IMG/VR virus record: IMGVR_UViG_3300025141_000074
Length of the DNA stretch: 64,000 bases
Source of the DNA: an uncultured virus (IMG/VR IMGVR_UViG_3300025141_000074)
Lineage: Duplodnaviria; Heunggongvirae; Uroviricota; Caudoviricetes
Direction: 5' to 3' (one strand)
A program made the position numbers and the translations under genes. Below the pieces are notes generated by a model. The model had not been told where the DNA came from. It saw nothing but the letters and a program-made list of their open reading frames with translations, and did no database searches. The number at the start of each line of letters is the position of its first letter. Positions within the stretch are counted from its first letter, which is position 1. This document shows, piece after piece, positions 30,373-40,335 of the stretch.

Positions 30373-32409
30373 GTGGTTACAGGAATAGCAAAACTTCTTT
30401 TACAACAGGGTTTAAAACAGGGATCTAAACGGTTCGCGCAACCTCTGCGTGGAGCTTACAAAAACAATCCTTATTTTAAAAACTATGCAGACATGATGAC
30501 TGGCCAACAAGGCTGGAAAAAAGGTTCAGCTTCATGGTTTGGCACTGGACTCGCTATAGATGAAGTTTCTGATTTATTGCCGGAAAGAGTACAAGAAGAT
30601 ACAATCATTACCGCAGAAGATTTGGCACCACCTGAATTTCCTAAAGATGATTTAGTGGACATGCCACCGGAGGTAATTAAAAACCCAGAAGTTATTCCTC
30701 TACCCGATAAAAAAGACACAGCGAATGAAAAAATTCTTGAGGAAGAAAAACAATTAAAAAACGACGCACTCTCGGCCAATGGAAACCAAGTTCAAAGTGA
30801 CCAAGCGACAGTAGACGCCACAAACAATCCTAATTCAGCAACCATCGAAAGTGATTCCGTTAACCGCGTGAAGGCTTACAAGGATGTTGTTCGCCAGTTC
30901 CTAGGAACAGGTGATAAAGGAATGCGTATGCAAAAAGGTGCACTCCTTATGCAAGTGGGTGGCATGCTTATGGCAGGCAAGTCTGATGATCCAGGTGTCA
31001 AGGGATTTGTTGACATCATTGGACAGACAGCGATGCAAACAGCACCAATGCTGTTCCAGATGGGCGTCGAGCAAGGAAAATCAGAAAGAGAAATAGGACA
31101 AGCTGCATTGCAAATGTACATGCAGGATGTACAGGATGACAGCAAACGTACAGGTGACTTTGTTGGTGTGTGGGCAAATGAATATGAAAGAACAGGAGAT
31201 GGTGGAATCGCTTATGATAGATTTACAGGTGCCCCTATAGTAAAAAACAGAAGACTGGTGGGACAGTACCGTGCCAACAGCGATGAAATGAATTACTTCA
31301 TGGACGAAAACAATACACTAGGAATTCCATTTTATACTTTCCAACCATCATCCGGCACAGCAGCTGGGATGACGGGGATGTCAGCACAGGGTGATACATC
31401 TTCCATGATGATAACGGATGCTGGTAAGGATGCAATGTTGCGTTCAGCGAACTATATTAACTCTGCTATTAATTCCATGGCGGATAGTATTCTTCCAATG
31501 ATGATTGAGAACAGAGACCTCATTGGTGTAAGAGGGTGGGTAACAAGAAAATTTGGACCATCAGCTTACGCTGCCACGGAAATAGCCAATGGGTTTAAGG
31601 CAGCCTTTGGACCTAATTCAGTTTCACAAATAACAGATAATGACTTTGTTGTTAACAGATCAAGCAAGCTTGGTGAATATTATGAATCACTTACACCAGG
31701 AAGCACTTTAGGAAATGAATATGATCAAGGTGATCCTAAAGGATTCGGAATGACATATGGTGTTCTTGAAAATGCAACTCCAGGAGAGTTTATTAAAATT
31801 GGAGGGGAAGACTACGCAGTGTATGTAGATACAAAAGGAAAATATGATGTGAAAGGTGGGCGTTACCTAACTCGTGGTTCACTAGAAAAAATGTTATTCG
31901 ATCCTCGAAGAGGTGAGCTTCAAATCTTTGAAACAACTCTTGGTTTAGCGCTCGCAAGAAAACGTCAACCTACTGGACGTATGTTAGCAGACGTTCTTCG
32001 AAGATCATTTGAAGAAACAAAAACGACAGATTTATTTGGAAGGGCTAACATGCCCCAGGTTGTTATTGGAAACTACGTTAAACTTTATAAAGAATTATAT
32101 GAAGGAATGTCTAGTCAACTTGATACGGCAGGATTTATTCCTAATGAAGAAGCGCGTCAAAACCAATACCAAAAAGTCAGTGAATTGTATACAATTCCAG
32201 GCGCACAAAACATGGCTAATATATATTATGACTTACGTAGAAATGATCCTTCCTATTCTACTTACAGTTTTGATATACCAGGACCAGGAATAGAATCATT
32301 CTCTTCTTTCATGGGGGGAAACACATCAGTTATAACCGCTGACACCCAGCAAACAAACAAAAACATTGGGGATGCTTTTGATTACTGGACTAACTTATTG
32401 GATCAATAA
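30373..32409 (+). CDS. Putative internal virion/ejection protein
   Basis: 678 aa; position in the operon; ALLMQVGGMLMAGKS segment. Confidence 0.55.
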   Translation: MVTGIAKLLLQQGLKQGSKRFAQPLRGAYKNNPYFKNYADMMTGQQGWKKGSASWFGTGLAIDEVSDLLPERVQEDTIITAEDLAPPEFPKDDLVDMPPEVIKNPEVIPLPDKKDTANEKILEEEKQLKNDALSANGNQVQSDQATVDATNNPNSATIESDSVNRVKAYKDVVRQFLGTGDKGMRMQKGALLMQVGGMLMAGKSDDPGVKGFVDIIGQTAMQTAPMLFQMGVEQGKSEREIGQAALQMYMQDVQDDSKRTGDFVGVWANEYERTGDGGIAYDRFTGAPIVKNRRLVGQYRANSDEMNYFMDENNTLGIPFYTFQPSSGTAAGMTGMSAQGDTSSMMITDAGKDAMLRSANYINSAINSMADSILPMMIENRDLIGVRGWVTRKFGPSAYAATEIANGFKAAFGPNSVSQITDNDFVVNRSSKLGEYYESLTPGSTLGNEYDQGDPKGFGMTYGVLENATPGEFIKIGGEDYAVYVDTKGKYDVKGGRYLTRGSLEKMLFDPRRGELQIFETTLGLALARKRQPTGRMLADVLRRSFEETKTTDLFGRANMPQVVIGNYVKLYKELYEGMSSQLDTAGFIPNEEARQNQYQKVSELYTIPGAQNMANIYYDLRRNDPSYSTYSFDIPGPGIESFSSFMGGNTSVITADTQQTNKNIGDAFDYWTNLLDQ

Positions 32410-35400
32410 TGGCAGATAGAATAAAACAATATCAACAAAGCGTCTTTGACACTATGCCCGAGGACCAAGGACCAGCGGATAAAAAATTTGTTGACACTTC
32501 GTCAACAGGCATACCTATTACCCAAGCTCAAAAAATTATAGGACAGAATCAATTTCTAGCGACGGACACACTAATAGCACCTTTCCAAAAACTTGGTAAC
32601 ATGGCAATTCCATTTGCGTCTCCTTTCGGTAAAAGCAACCCGTGGTTGATGAGCCAGGAAGACAAAAAGATTCAAGAATCACGTGAAGTTAATTCTGCTG
32701 CTTATGTTAAAAGAAAAGAAAACGTAAAAGATCAACTTGCCACGATATTTGATAAGGCACAGAAAAGATATGAAGAAACAGGTGATACAAAGTATCAACA
32801 GATGGCTCTTCAAGCAAAGACTGACATCCTCGCAGCTTCAGGTTTAACTGATGCTGATTTCCTACCCGTCGGTGCTGATACGTACCGACTCTATGATGAG
32901 TTTGGTTTGTTTACAAACGAACCTAATCCTTATCCAATGGTTGAAGCAGGCATGCATTTCGGAGCTGGATTGAAAGGAAGTCTTTACGGATGGAATGGTG
33001 GACTGATTAAAAAATTTGCTAAAGGTGCAGGAAAAGGATTTATTAAAGGAAAAGGTGGATGGTTAGGACGTGTTGTAAGTAGTGTTGTTCATGGCGCCGT
33101 TGCCGTGGGTGCAGCTGACTTTGGATATGAAATGATTCTGGATGCAATGAACCGTGCAGGGAAAGCGAAGGCTTTTCTTTCCATGCCAAAAGCACAAAGA
33201 AATAAAGTTGTTGATGATTCCATCTCACCTTGGCTGGATAAAGCCTTGCAGGTGGGAGTGGATCCTCTTCTGGAAAAATTACCTGAGCGTTTGACGTTTG
33301 GTGATGAAGGAATTAACAGGCCAGAACTAGGAAGCTTTTCAGACCTTACTCCACACAGATTCAATCCTTTCAAAGCGGAAGGAAAACCTACACGTATCGC
33401 TAACGCAGTGGATGCGGCAATGGTAGACGCTGCCATTAGTACAGCTTTCTTTGGCATTCGACCGGCTTATATGGGCTTCAAGAAATTTGGTGGATGGTTA
33501 GGTGGCATGAAAACAACACCTCCAGGTGCAGCAAGTAGCGTCTATAAAGGAAAGGACGCAGCGACAAAAGAATTATATGAGGATTTTGGAACGGAAACAG
33601 GGGAAGAATTGGTGGCAGCTGAAAAAGCACTACAAAAATTTGATCCAGAAGAAGGTATGTTCATTGGAACAAAGGGGCGCGCAATCGTTCCGTGGGGTGG
33701 AAAAACTTTCCTCCCTGTAAAAGAAACAGTTCAAATGAATATTCCATTCATTGGAAAAGCATTAACACGTTTGGCAAATTCCAAAGCATTCAACTGGCTA
33801 GGGCCTAAATCCAACAGGTCAGATGAGTGGTTACCACCACTGGAAACAATTCCAGGAACAACTCTTCCACGATTTGCTGTATCAGGTAGACCATACATGG
33901 ATGTTTATATTGCGATGATGTCGCGTGTACCATTTGTTGGTAGACCAATCCAAGCAACACTACAAGTAGCAGGTGAAGCACAAAAAATAAGAATGATGGA
34001 AATGATTGGTCGCTTTGCACCGTATGTAGAAACAGCGGAAATGGGAGTGGACTATATTAAACTTGCTAACAAGCAGGCGCAAGGATTCAGGAAAGTGGCG
34101 CAGCAATATGATCAACAAATTTTAGACGCTGCAAAATCAGCAGGTGCGATTGTTGATGATGCATCACTGGTTCAAACAGCAAAAAACATTGTCTTTAACA
34201 ATCAAAAAAGAGGAGCATTAAGTTCTGAATTTTCAAACTTCTTACAGAAAAATATTCTCAAGCCACCGCAAGGATGGACACCTGGCACAACTCTCTTGAC
34301 ACCAGGAAAAAGAACCGTGGGTGACATGTACAAATTAAAACGTCTCATGGATAGTGGCTATGAACGATGGTCTAAGAGTCCAGAGGTTGGATCAATTTAT
34401 GATGATATTAATTCAATCTACAAAGCATTCGAGACGGACATTGGAAGTCTGAACAACACACCTTTCTCCAATGTGACTAAACTGTGGACGGAATATGAAA
34501 ATTTCCTTTCCAAAGGAATGCTTATCTGGGGAACAGATGCAGGCAAGCAGTTAGGAAACGTTAAAAGATTTGGATGGAACGTGGCCCTTGAGACACCACA
34601 GAAAGCAACGGACATGTCCAAGAACTTATGGAATACGTTAGCGAAATCAACTGACACAGGTGCTTTCGTTGAAAGCAACCTTACGGCATTAAGAAACATC
34701 GTGGGTGATAAAGCCTACAACAAAGGACTAGGACACTACCTTGCCAATACTTTTAAAAACTCAATGAAGAATGTGGAAGGTATTGAATACTTTGATTCAA
34801 AGGTTATCAGTAAAGCCCTAGGAATAGGACAAGCTGGATCCCCTCTTCAAACACTTTTCAAAAAGGCATTACCTGGCCCAACAGTAACAGAATTTAAAAT
34901 ATTTAATCCTAAAACACGACAAATGGAAAATTGGTATGATGATTTGTGGGGTAAGATTGATCCAAGCATTCCAAAAGATCATATTAAGGCTTACAACAGT
35001 CGTCTTCCTACGTACAAGGATTTTGAAAACCTATCAAAGGTTCTCGATCGAACGTTCAAGCATGGCATGCCATCAATGAGCACGTTCCTTGCACGTTCAG
35101 CCGTGCTCCAAGGACCAGGAGGTGCGCTTAAGTCAAGTTCACCAATGGGAAATGTAGTGGCGGCGTTAGGAACCGCAGCTGCGGCACAGAGTAGTGCAAT
35201 ACTTGCATTAGTTCCTTTCTTTGGCATGCGTTTTGCCGGTAGAGTTTTTGCATCCCCTATTACAATGCGTAACTGGACAAATGCAATGGATGATACACTA
35301 CCAACACAGATTAGGGTTCGAAACATGTTGCGTTTGTTCCAGGAAATGCCTGATGAATATGAAGAATGGACTGTAACCATACAGGATATGGAAGAAGCCA

Positions 35401-35846
35401 ACAGGAATCAAAACTTAAGAAACCAAAACAAAAATTCAATCAAGGATATTGCTGATACCATTATGAATCAGGCACCCCAAGTACTACAGAATGTGGACCA
35501 AATGACACCGGAGGTTTTAAAAAGACCTATTGGTGACTCACTGGGCATTACAGGACGAGAACAGCCAGCTCCTCCAGTGGAATATGATGACAGTACTTAT
35601 TCCACAGGACAGACAACAGGTTCATCCATCACGAACAGCGGTGTAATGAATTCACAGGCTGCGGGACAATTATATACAGGCAATACAGATGCTGCACTAG
35701 CAAGTCAGTACGGAGGAATGAATCAAGGTGGAGTCGTCAGCGACCTCAACCCAGTGATGGGGAACGACGGAAAGTTTACGACACCACAAAAAGGAATACA
35801 GGACAATCCTTTCCTTAAACAAGCGAAGGATAAGGGAGTTATATAA
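32409..35846 (+). CDS. Large putative internal virion/ejection protein
   Basis: 1145 aa, helical with hydrophobic patches; last of the large structural genes; MNQGG near the C-terminus. Confidence 0.55.
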   Translation: MADRIKQYQQSVFDTMPEDQGPADKKFVDTSSTGIPITQAQKIIGQNQFLATDTLIAPFQKLGNMAIPFASPFGKSNPWLMSQEDKKIQESREVNSAAYVKRKENVKDQLATIFDKAQKRYEETGDTKYQQMALQAKTDILAASGLTDADFLPVGADTYRLYDEFGLFTNEPNPYPMVEAGMHFGAGLKGSLYGWNGGLIKKFAKGAGKGFIKGKGGWLGRVVSSVVHGAVAVGAADFGYEMILDAMNRAGKAKAFLSMPKAQRNKVVDDSISPWLDKALQVGVDPLLEKLPERLTFGDEGINRPELGSFSDLTPHRFNPFKAEGKPTRIANAVDAAMVDAAISTAFFGIRPAYMGFKKFGGWLGGMKTTPPGAASSVYKGKDAATKELYEDFGTETGEELVAAEKALQKFDPEEGMFIGTKGRAIVPWGGKTFLPVKETVQMNIPFIGKALTRLANSKAFNWLGPKSNRSDEWLPPLETIPGTTLPRFAVSGRPYMDVYIAMMSRVPFVGRPIQATLQVAGEAQKIRMMEMIGRFAPYVETAEMGVDYIKLANKQAQGFRKVAQQYDQQILDAAKSAGAIVDDASLVQTAKNIVFNNQKRGALSSEFSNFLQKNILKPPQGWTPGTTLLTPGKRTVGDMYKLKRLMDSGYERWSKSPEVGSIYDDINSIYKAFETDIGSLNNTPFSNVTKLWTEYENFLSKGMLIWGTDAGKQLGNVKRFGWNVALETPQKATDMSKNLWNTLAKSTDTGAFVESNLTALRNIVGDKAYNKGLGHYLANTFKNSMKNVEGIEYFDSKVISKALGIGQAGSPLQTLFKKALPGPTVTEFKIFNPKTRQMENWYDDLWGKIDPSIPKDHIKAYNSRLPTYKDFENLSKVLDRTFKHGMPSMSTFLARSAVLQGPGGALKSSSPMGNVVAALGTAAAAQSSAILALVPFFGMRFAGRVFASPITMRNWTNAMDDTLPTQIRVRNMLRLFQEMPDEYEEWTVTIQDMEEANRNQNLRNQNKNSIKDIADTIMNQAPQVLQNVDQMTPEVLKRPIGDSLGITGREQPAPPVEYDDSTYSTGQTTGSSITNSGVMNSQAAGQLYTGNTDAALASQYGGMNQGGVVSDLNPVMGNDGKFTTPQKGIQDNPFLKQAKDKGVI

Positions 35847-36043
35847 TGGAAGGAGAAAAAATGGCACAGAACCGTGAAGATATTATTAAGATTAATGGTG
35901 AATTAAAACTGATTAACCAGAAGCTGGACAATCATATTCACCATCTTTCTGAAAAGATTGATACGATCTTCAAGATTGTGTGGACAGTCTCATTCGGAGT
36001 GCTGGGTTTAATTCTCAAGGCAATTTATACGGCGATGATGTAA
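35846..36043 (+). CDS. Small coiled-coil plus TM protein, possible holin
   Basis: C-terminal TM helix; coupled to the lysozyme gene. Confidence 0.5.
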   Translation: MEGEKMAQNREDIIKINGELKLINQKLDNHIHHLSEKIDTIFKIVWTVSFGVLGLILKAIYTAMM

Positions 36044-36477
36044 TGAACTACGATAAATTATTAGAGTCAGTAAAAAAACACGAAGGGTTCAAGGACCATG
36101 TGTATCTGGACTCACTTTCCAAACGCACCGTGGGCTACGGCCACCTCTGCGTGGAGGACCACTGGGAAGACGGAAAAACATACGACCAGGAATATCTGGA
36201 AGACATACTAGAAAAAGATTTACAGTCAGCAATTGATCAGACACATGACATGTGTAAGGACCTAAAGATTTCAGATGATGCGAAGACTATTATCTGTGAA
36301 ATGATTTTTCAGCTTGGGGGGAGAGGAGTTTCCAAGTTTAGAAAAATGTGGGTGGCGCTTCAAGAGGATCCACCAAATTATTTTGAAGCGCACGTCCAAA
36401 TGCTGGATTCAAAATGGGCCAAACAGACATCTGCGCGCGCCCATGAGATGGCAGAACAAATGCAGAACGCAGGATAA
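36043..36477 (+). CDS. Lysozyme (GH24, T4-lysozyme-like)
   Basis: KHEGFKDHVYLDSLSKRTVGYGHL (E-x8-D-x5-T catalytic pattern), MLDSKWAKQT. Start moved to ATG 36043. Confidence 0.85.
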   Translation: MNYDKLLESVKKHEGFKDHVYLDSLSKRTVGYGHLCVEDHWEDGKTYDQEYLEDILEKDLQSAIDQTHDMCKDLKISDDAKTIICEMIFQLGGRGVSKFRKMWVALQEDPPNYFEAHVQMLDSKWAKQTSARAHEMAEQMQNAG

Positions 36478-36480
36478 GAT

Positions 36481-37269
36481 ATGGAAGATATAGATTCAAA
36501 ATTAAATCAACTACAGGATTTTCTCAATCAGGATTTAATCACGCAGGAAGATTTTGATAAAAAATACTCTAGTTTATATGATAGATTCACGACTGAAACC
36601 ACTCCGGCCATGAAAAGTTACGCTGAATATCAACAAATGAGAGATGAGCTTATTAATAATATTATACCTATGTTTAATAAATCGGCAGCCGATGTTGGAA
36701 ACATAGATCCAATTGGAACTGATACTTTGGGAGAAATGAAGGAGTATGTAAATTCCATTACAGGACCGGAACTGGAGAAGGTTTACAATAAAATGGTAAA
36801 GACTCTAACTCTAAATACGCAGTGGGGTGAACTTTCTCGACCGTGGGTTAATCCAAAAGGAATTGAGACAATTATTGCTGAAGGTAAAGGATTGACGGAA
36901 GCACAATTAATGCCCGACTTATGGACAGCTTTACGTAAAGCACCGGGTGATATGATTAAACCACCGATGTTTGAAACCTATGATACAAACCAGCCATGGA
37001 AACCACATCTGAATTTAACCCCAAGGTATTTAACTGAATTAACGGGCAATTACTCTAATATACATGAAACACCTCTATTCAATGATGATAGAGTTGATGT
37101 AGGATATAGTAATATGGACCAAATCCACCATCCCACAAATGAATCAAATATTGGAAATTGGACACCAAAACCTCAAGGACCTCCAGGACAACCAATTAAT
37201 GGTCCTCATATTGGATATGAGTCCAGTGGAATCACATCACTACAACCAAACCCACACGGAGGATGGTAA
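36481..37269 (+). CDS. Hypothetical protein
   Basis: 262-aa ORF; C-terminal SGITSL. Confidence 0.7.
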   Translation: MEDIDSKLNQLQDFLNQDLITQEDFDKKYSSLYDRFTTETTPAMKSYAEYQQMRDELINNIIPMFNKSAADVGNIDPIGTDTLGEMKEYVNSITGPELEKVYNKMVKTLTLNTQWGELSRPWVNPKGIETIIAEGKGLTEAQLMPDLWTALRKAPGDMIKPPMFETYDTNQPWKPHLNLTPRYLTELTGNYSNIHETPLFNDDRVDVGYSNMDQIHHPTNESNIGNWTPKPQGPPGQPINGPHIGYESSGITSLQPNPHGGW

Positions 37270-37787
37270 TGTACGGAATACTTAGTCAACTAGCTAAAAA
37301 AATGGGACGCCCAGCAATGAAGCGTGTCCTTAATATTATTAAACAATACCCAGAAGCACGTCCGGTGAAAACAATAAAGTCTGAAGGGCTCCCTTACTAT
37401 GGCGCCACTGAGGAATCACGACTTGGTGCTGCGGAACATTTAGCGGAAGGCGCATCACGTTGGCTGGATCCACATCCAGGGACCTTCATGAACTATGTTC
37501 GCGGAAAGGTGAACAATGACCCGCAAAGATTTAAAAAAGTTTCGGATTTCTTCCGTGCCAATCCGGATAAAAGAAAAACAATGGATGACTGGTACCAGGA
37601 GATGGGATCCGAAGGATGGTGGGGTCGAAGTTTCCTTGACGACATGATTGATGAAGCGGAAACAACGGCGATGTCCCTTGAGGATCTCGCAGCTGCGGAG
37701 CTCTCACGTGTCGGTAAAAAACCCTATTCAACATCAGGAATCAACCGTTATCTGACCAAAGAATATAAAGACTTGCTGGGGGACTAA
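37263..37787 (+). CDS. Hypothetical protein with amphipathic N-terminus
   Basis: MYGILSQLAKKMG start resembles the next two genes. Confidence 0.7.
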   Translation: MVMYGILSQLAKKMGRPAMKRVLNIIKQYPEARPVKTIKSEGLPYYGATEESRLGAAEHLAEGASRWLDPHPGTFMNYVRGKVNNDPQRFKKVSDFFRANPDKRKTMDDWYQEMGSEGWWGRSFLDDMIDEAETTAMSLEDLAAAELSRVGKKPYSTSGINRYLTKEYKDLLGD

Positions 37788-38521
37788 TGTATAAAGGAAT
37801 AGCAAATTTATTAGCTAAACTAGCATTAAAAAGAGCTGGAGTGAAAATGACTCGTTTAGATGGGTCAATGAGGAATCTTCCAATTAAATTAGATAATGAG
37901 GCTTTGCCACCTCCTGATGTATTAAAATTTTTATTACCGCAGGCAAAAGATTTAACTGGTATGCCATTTTTTCCACCTAAAGGAGGTGTGACACCTGCTA
38001 TGTTTAAACAATTCAAAAAACATGACTATAGCAAACATCCAGCTATAAGAGCTTTAATGAAGGACACATACAGCGGAAAAATTAGAAATATATTTAGAGG
38101 AGAAACTATGTTTCCTGATAAAAAACTTATTTCTGAAGCTGGATTATCAGTAGGTAAAAAACCAGGTACCTGGTGGAGTACTTCACCATGGGAATCAGCT
38201 GATTATGCGATACGCCCAAGTAAAGGAATCATGGGAGCATCTATTAATAATCCAGGTGTTATGAGAAGAATTCCAATGAATAGAAAATTAGAAGATTTAC
38301 CCGAAGGTTTTATTAGGGGAAAATCACCTACTCATATTCATCCAACACAGGCAGCTATAGATGATTCAAAAATTTCTATGGTTTATTCTGTTGTAAGTAG
38401 ATTAAGAGACATGGGATGGAGTAAAGCGCAAATTTTTAAATACGTGCGAATGATAATGAACAAGAAAAACGCAGCCGGAAAGCGCGACTGGATGCTATAT
38501 AATCGTGGCGGAATGGTATAA
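37787..38521 (+). CDS. Putative ADP-ribosyltransferase-fold protein (paralog A)
   Basis: IFRGE...WWSTSPWESADYA...NPGVMRRIP; C-terminal RLRDMGWSKAQIFKY and YNRGGMV. Confidence 0.5.
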   Translation: MYKGIANLLAKLALKRAGVKMTRLDGSMRNLPIKLDNEALPPPDVLKFLLPQAKDLTGMPFFPPKGGVTPAMFKQFKKHDYSKHPAIRALMKDTYSGKIRNIFRGETMFPDKKLISEAGLSVGKKPGTWWSTSPWESADYAIRPSKGIMGASINNPGVMRRIPMNRKLEDLPEGFIRGKSPTHIHPTQAAIDDSKISMVYSVVSRLRDMGWSKAQIFKYVRMIMNKKNAAGKRDWMLYNRGGMV

Positions 38522-39198
38522 TGTGGGGAGGACTCGCATCACTGCTGGCCAAGCTGGCTGCTAAACAAGCGGCTAAAAAATCTAAAGGCCTTTCATCATT
38601 AGGTAAAACATTCCCTAGACACCTGAGGACTAAACCCAGGACTAATCTATCAGATCTAAAAAATGTTTTAACAAAACATATAACTAAACATAATCCAATA
38701 GACATGGGCTCAGACGTAGCAGCGGCAAGAGCCGACCCTAAATATCAAATGATTGGTGGGGGTATCGAGGGAGGTGGTCCATCAATTTATCGTGGAACAA
38801 CTCTTGTCGATGATCCGGCTAAAATTTCCACCAAAAAACAAATGAATGTATTAAGAGATGATGAAAAATTCTTTACTAATGATCCAATAGAAGCTGCGCA
38901 TCATGCATATGCACACCAGACTCCAGACAATCCTGCTATCATTTTAAGAATGCCGACGGAAGAGGCCAACATACGCATACCAAAAACAAAAACTGGAAGA
39001 AATATACTAGTAGGAAGTCATAAAGTTGTATCCAATGCGAAAGAAGCTGAGATACCTTATCTAATGAATATTATAATGAGACTTAAGAAAATGGGATGGA
39101 GTGACGCTCATATTTTTAAGTATATGAAGCACCTGTATAAAGACCCAAGACCTAAAAAGATATTTAACACTGGCGGAATCGTTTCACTTATGCTATAA
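38521..39198 (+). CDS. Putative ADP-ribosyltransferase-fold protein (paralog B)
   Basis: IYRGT...FFTNDPIEAAHHA...NPAIILRMP; C-terminal RLKKMGWSDAHIFKY and FNTGGIVSLML. Confidence 0.5.
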   Translation: MWGGLASLLAKLAAKQAAKKSKGLSSLGKTFPRHLRTKPRTNLSDLKNVLTKHITKHNPIDMGSDVAAARADPKYQMIGGGIEGGGPSIYRGTTLVDDPAKISTKKQMNVLRDDEKFFTNDPIEAAHHAYAHQTPDNPAIILRMPTEEANIRIPKTKTGRNILVGSHKVVSNAKEAEIPYLMNIIMRLKKMGWSDAHIFKYMKHLYKDPRPKKIFNTGGIVSLML

Positions 39199-39204
39199 TA
39201 CCAC

Positions 39205-39873
39205 GTGCAAATAATTAAGAAATATAATTACGCAGAACTTACACGACAGGATGGAGATGCAAGGTTATACCTTACACCCGATGGTGAAAGCTTACCGTCC
39301 GTTACAACTGTTTTAAATAAAACAAAAGATAAAGCGTTTTTAAAAAAATGGCGTGCCCGTGTAGGAGAGGCTGCTGCAGAGAAAATCATCAAGGATTCTG
39401 CCCAGATTGGAACCGCACTCCACCTATATATAGAACGTTTAGTGAACGGAGAACAATACAAGGATCTTACCAAAATAGGCATACAAGCAGAAAAAATGGC
39501 GCAAAAGATAATAGATGAGGCGTTTAGTGACATTACAGAAATATGGGGATCGGAAGTGCACCTTTATTATCCTGGCAAATATGCAGGGACCACGGACATG
39601 ATTGGCGTCTACAAAGGACGCCCTACAATTATTGATTTCAAGCAGACTAACAGGCCCAAGAAGCGTGAATGGATACAAGATTACTTAATGCAGCTTTCAG
39701 CATACGCCATGGCCCATAACAAACTCTTTGGAACGGACATAGACCAGGGTGTCATTCTCATGTGCTCACGTGATCTGACATTTCAGCGTTTTGAATTGCT
39801 TGGTGAAAAGTTTAACCGTGCAGGTGATACCTTCATGAAAAAACTTGATTTTTATTTAGATTCCCTTATATAA
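39205..39873 (+). CDS. PD-(D/E)XK exonuclease
   Basis: LPSVTTVL, GTALH, YAGTTD, IIDFKQT, QLSAYAMA. Confidence 0.85.
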   Translation: MQIIKKYNYAELTRQDGDARLYLTPDGESLPSVTTVLNKTKDKAFLKKWRARVGEAAAEKIIKDSAQIGTALHLYIERLVNGEQYKDLTKIGIQAEKMAQKIIDEAFSDITEIWGSEVHLYYPGKYAGTTDMIGVYKGRPTIIDFKQTNRPKKREWIQDYLMQLSAYAMAHNKLFGTDIDQGVILMCSRDLTFQRFELLGEKFNRAGDTFMKKLDFYLDSLI

Positions 39874-39927
39874 TACATACAGGATGCCATAATGGGTCCT
39901 ACAATCTTGCTTTAATAGGAGGTTTAT
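39844..39927 (+). promoter_or_regulatory. RpoH (sigma32)-type promoter and ROSE-like leader of hsp20
   Basis: CTTG 39844-N17-CTTATAT 39865; hairpin AGGATGCC...GGGTCCT 39881-39900; TTGCT 39907-11 opposite AGGAGG 39917-22. Confidence 0.6.
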
Positions 39928-40335
39928 ATGAATGAATTAGAGCTAATACGTAACCATTTTCTTGGTTTTCACAATGACTTTTTTAATAGTTTTAGAAAAG
40001 TATCAACTTATCCACCATACAACATAAAAGAAAAGGATGACTTAGGTGTCATTGAATTTGCTGTAGCCGGGTTCGCTGAGAAAGATTTGAAAGTTGAAGT
40101 TAAAGAGAATACTTTAAGTATTCATGGATGCAAAGATAAAGAAGCATCACTAATGACTACAGAAGATTTTTGGCATAAAGGAATTTCTGACAGGAGTTTC
40201 ACCAAAAAATTTCAATTACATAAACATATTGTAGTTGATAATGCTGAACTGAAAGATGGATTACTTAAGGTTTCTTACCACAGGGATATACCTGAGGCTG
40301 AAAAACCTAAACAAATAAAAATTAAATCCAAGTAG
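39928..40335 (+). CDS. hsp20: Small heat-shock protein (Hsp20/IbpA family)
   Basis: YPPYNI, IEFAVAGF, HKGISDRSF, AELKDGLL, IPEAEKPKQIKI. Confidence 0.92.
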   Translation: MNELELIRNHFLGFHNDFFNSFRKVSTYPPYNIKEKDDLGVIEFAVAGFAEKDLKVEVKENTLSIHGCKDKEASLMTTEDFWHKGISDRSFTKKFQLHKHIVVDNAELKDGLLKVSYHRDIPEAEKPKQIKIKSK

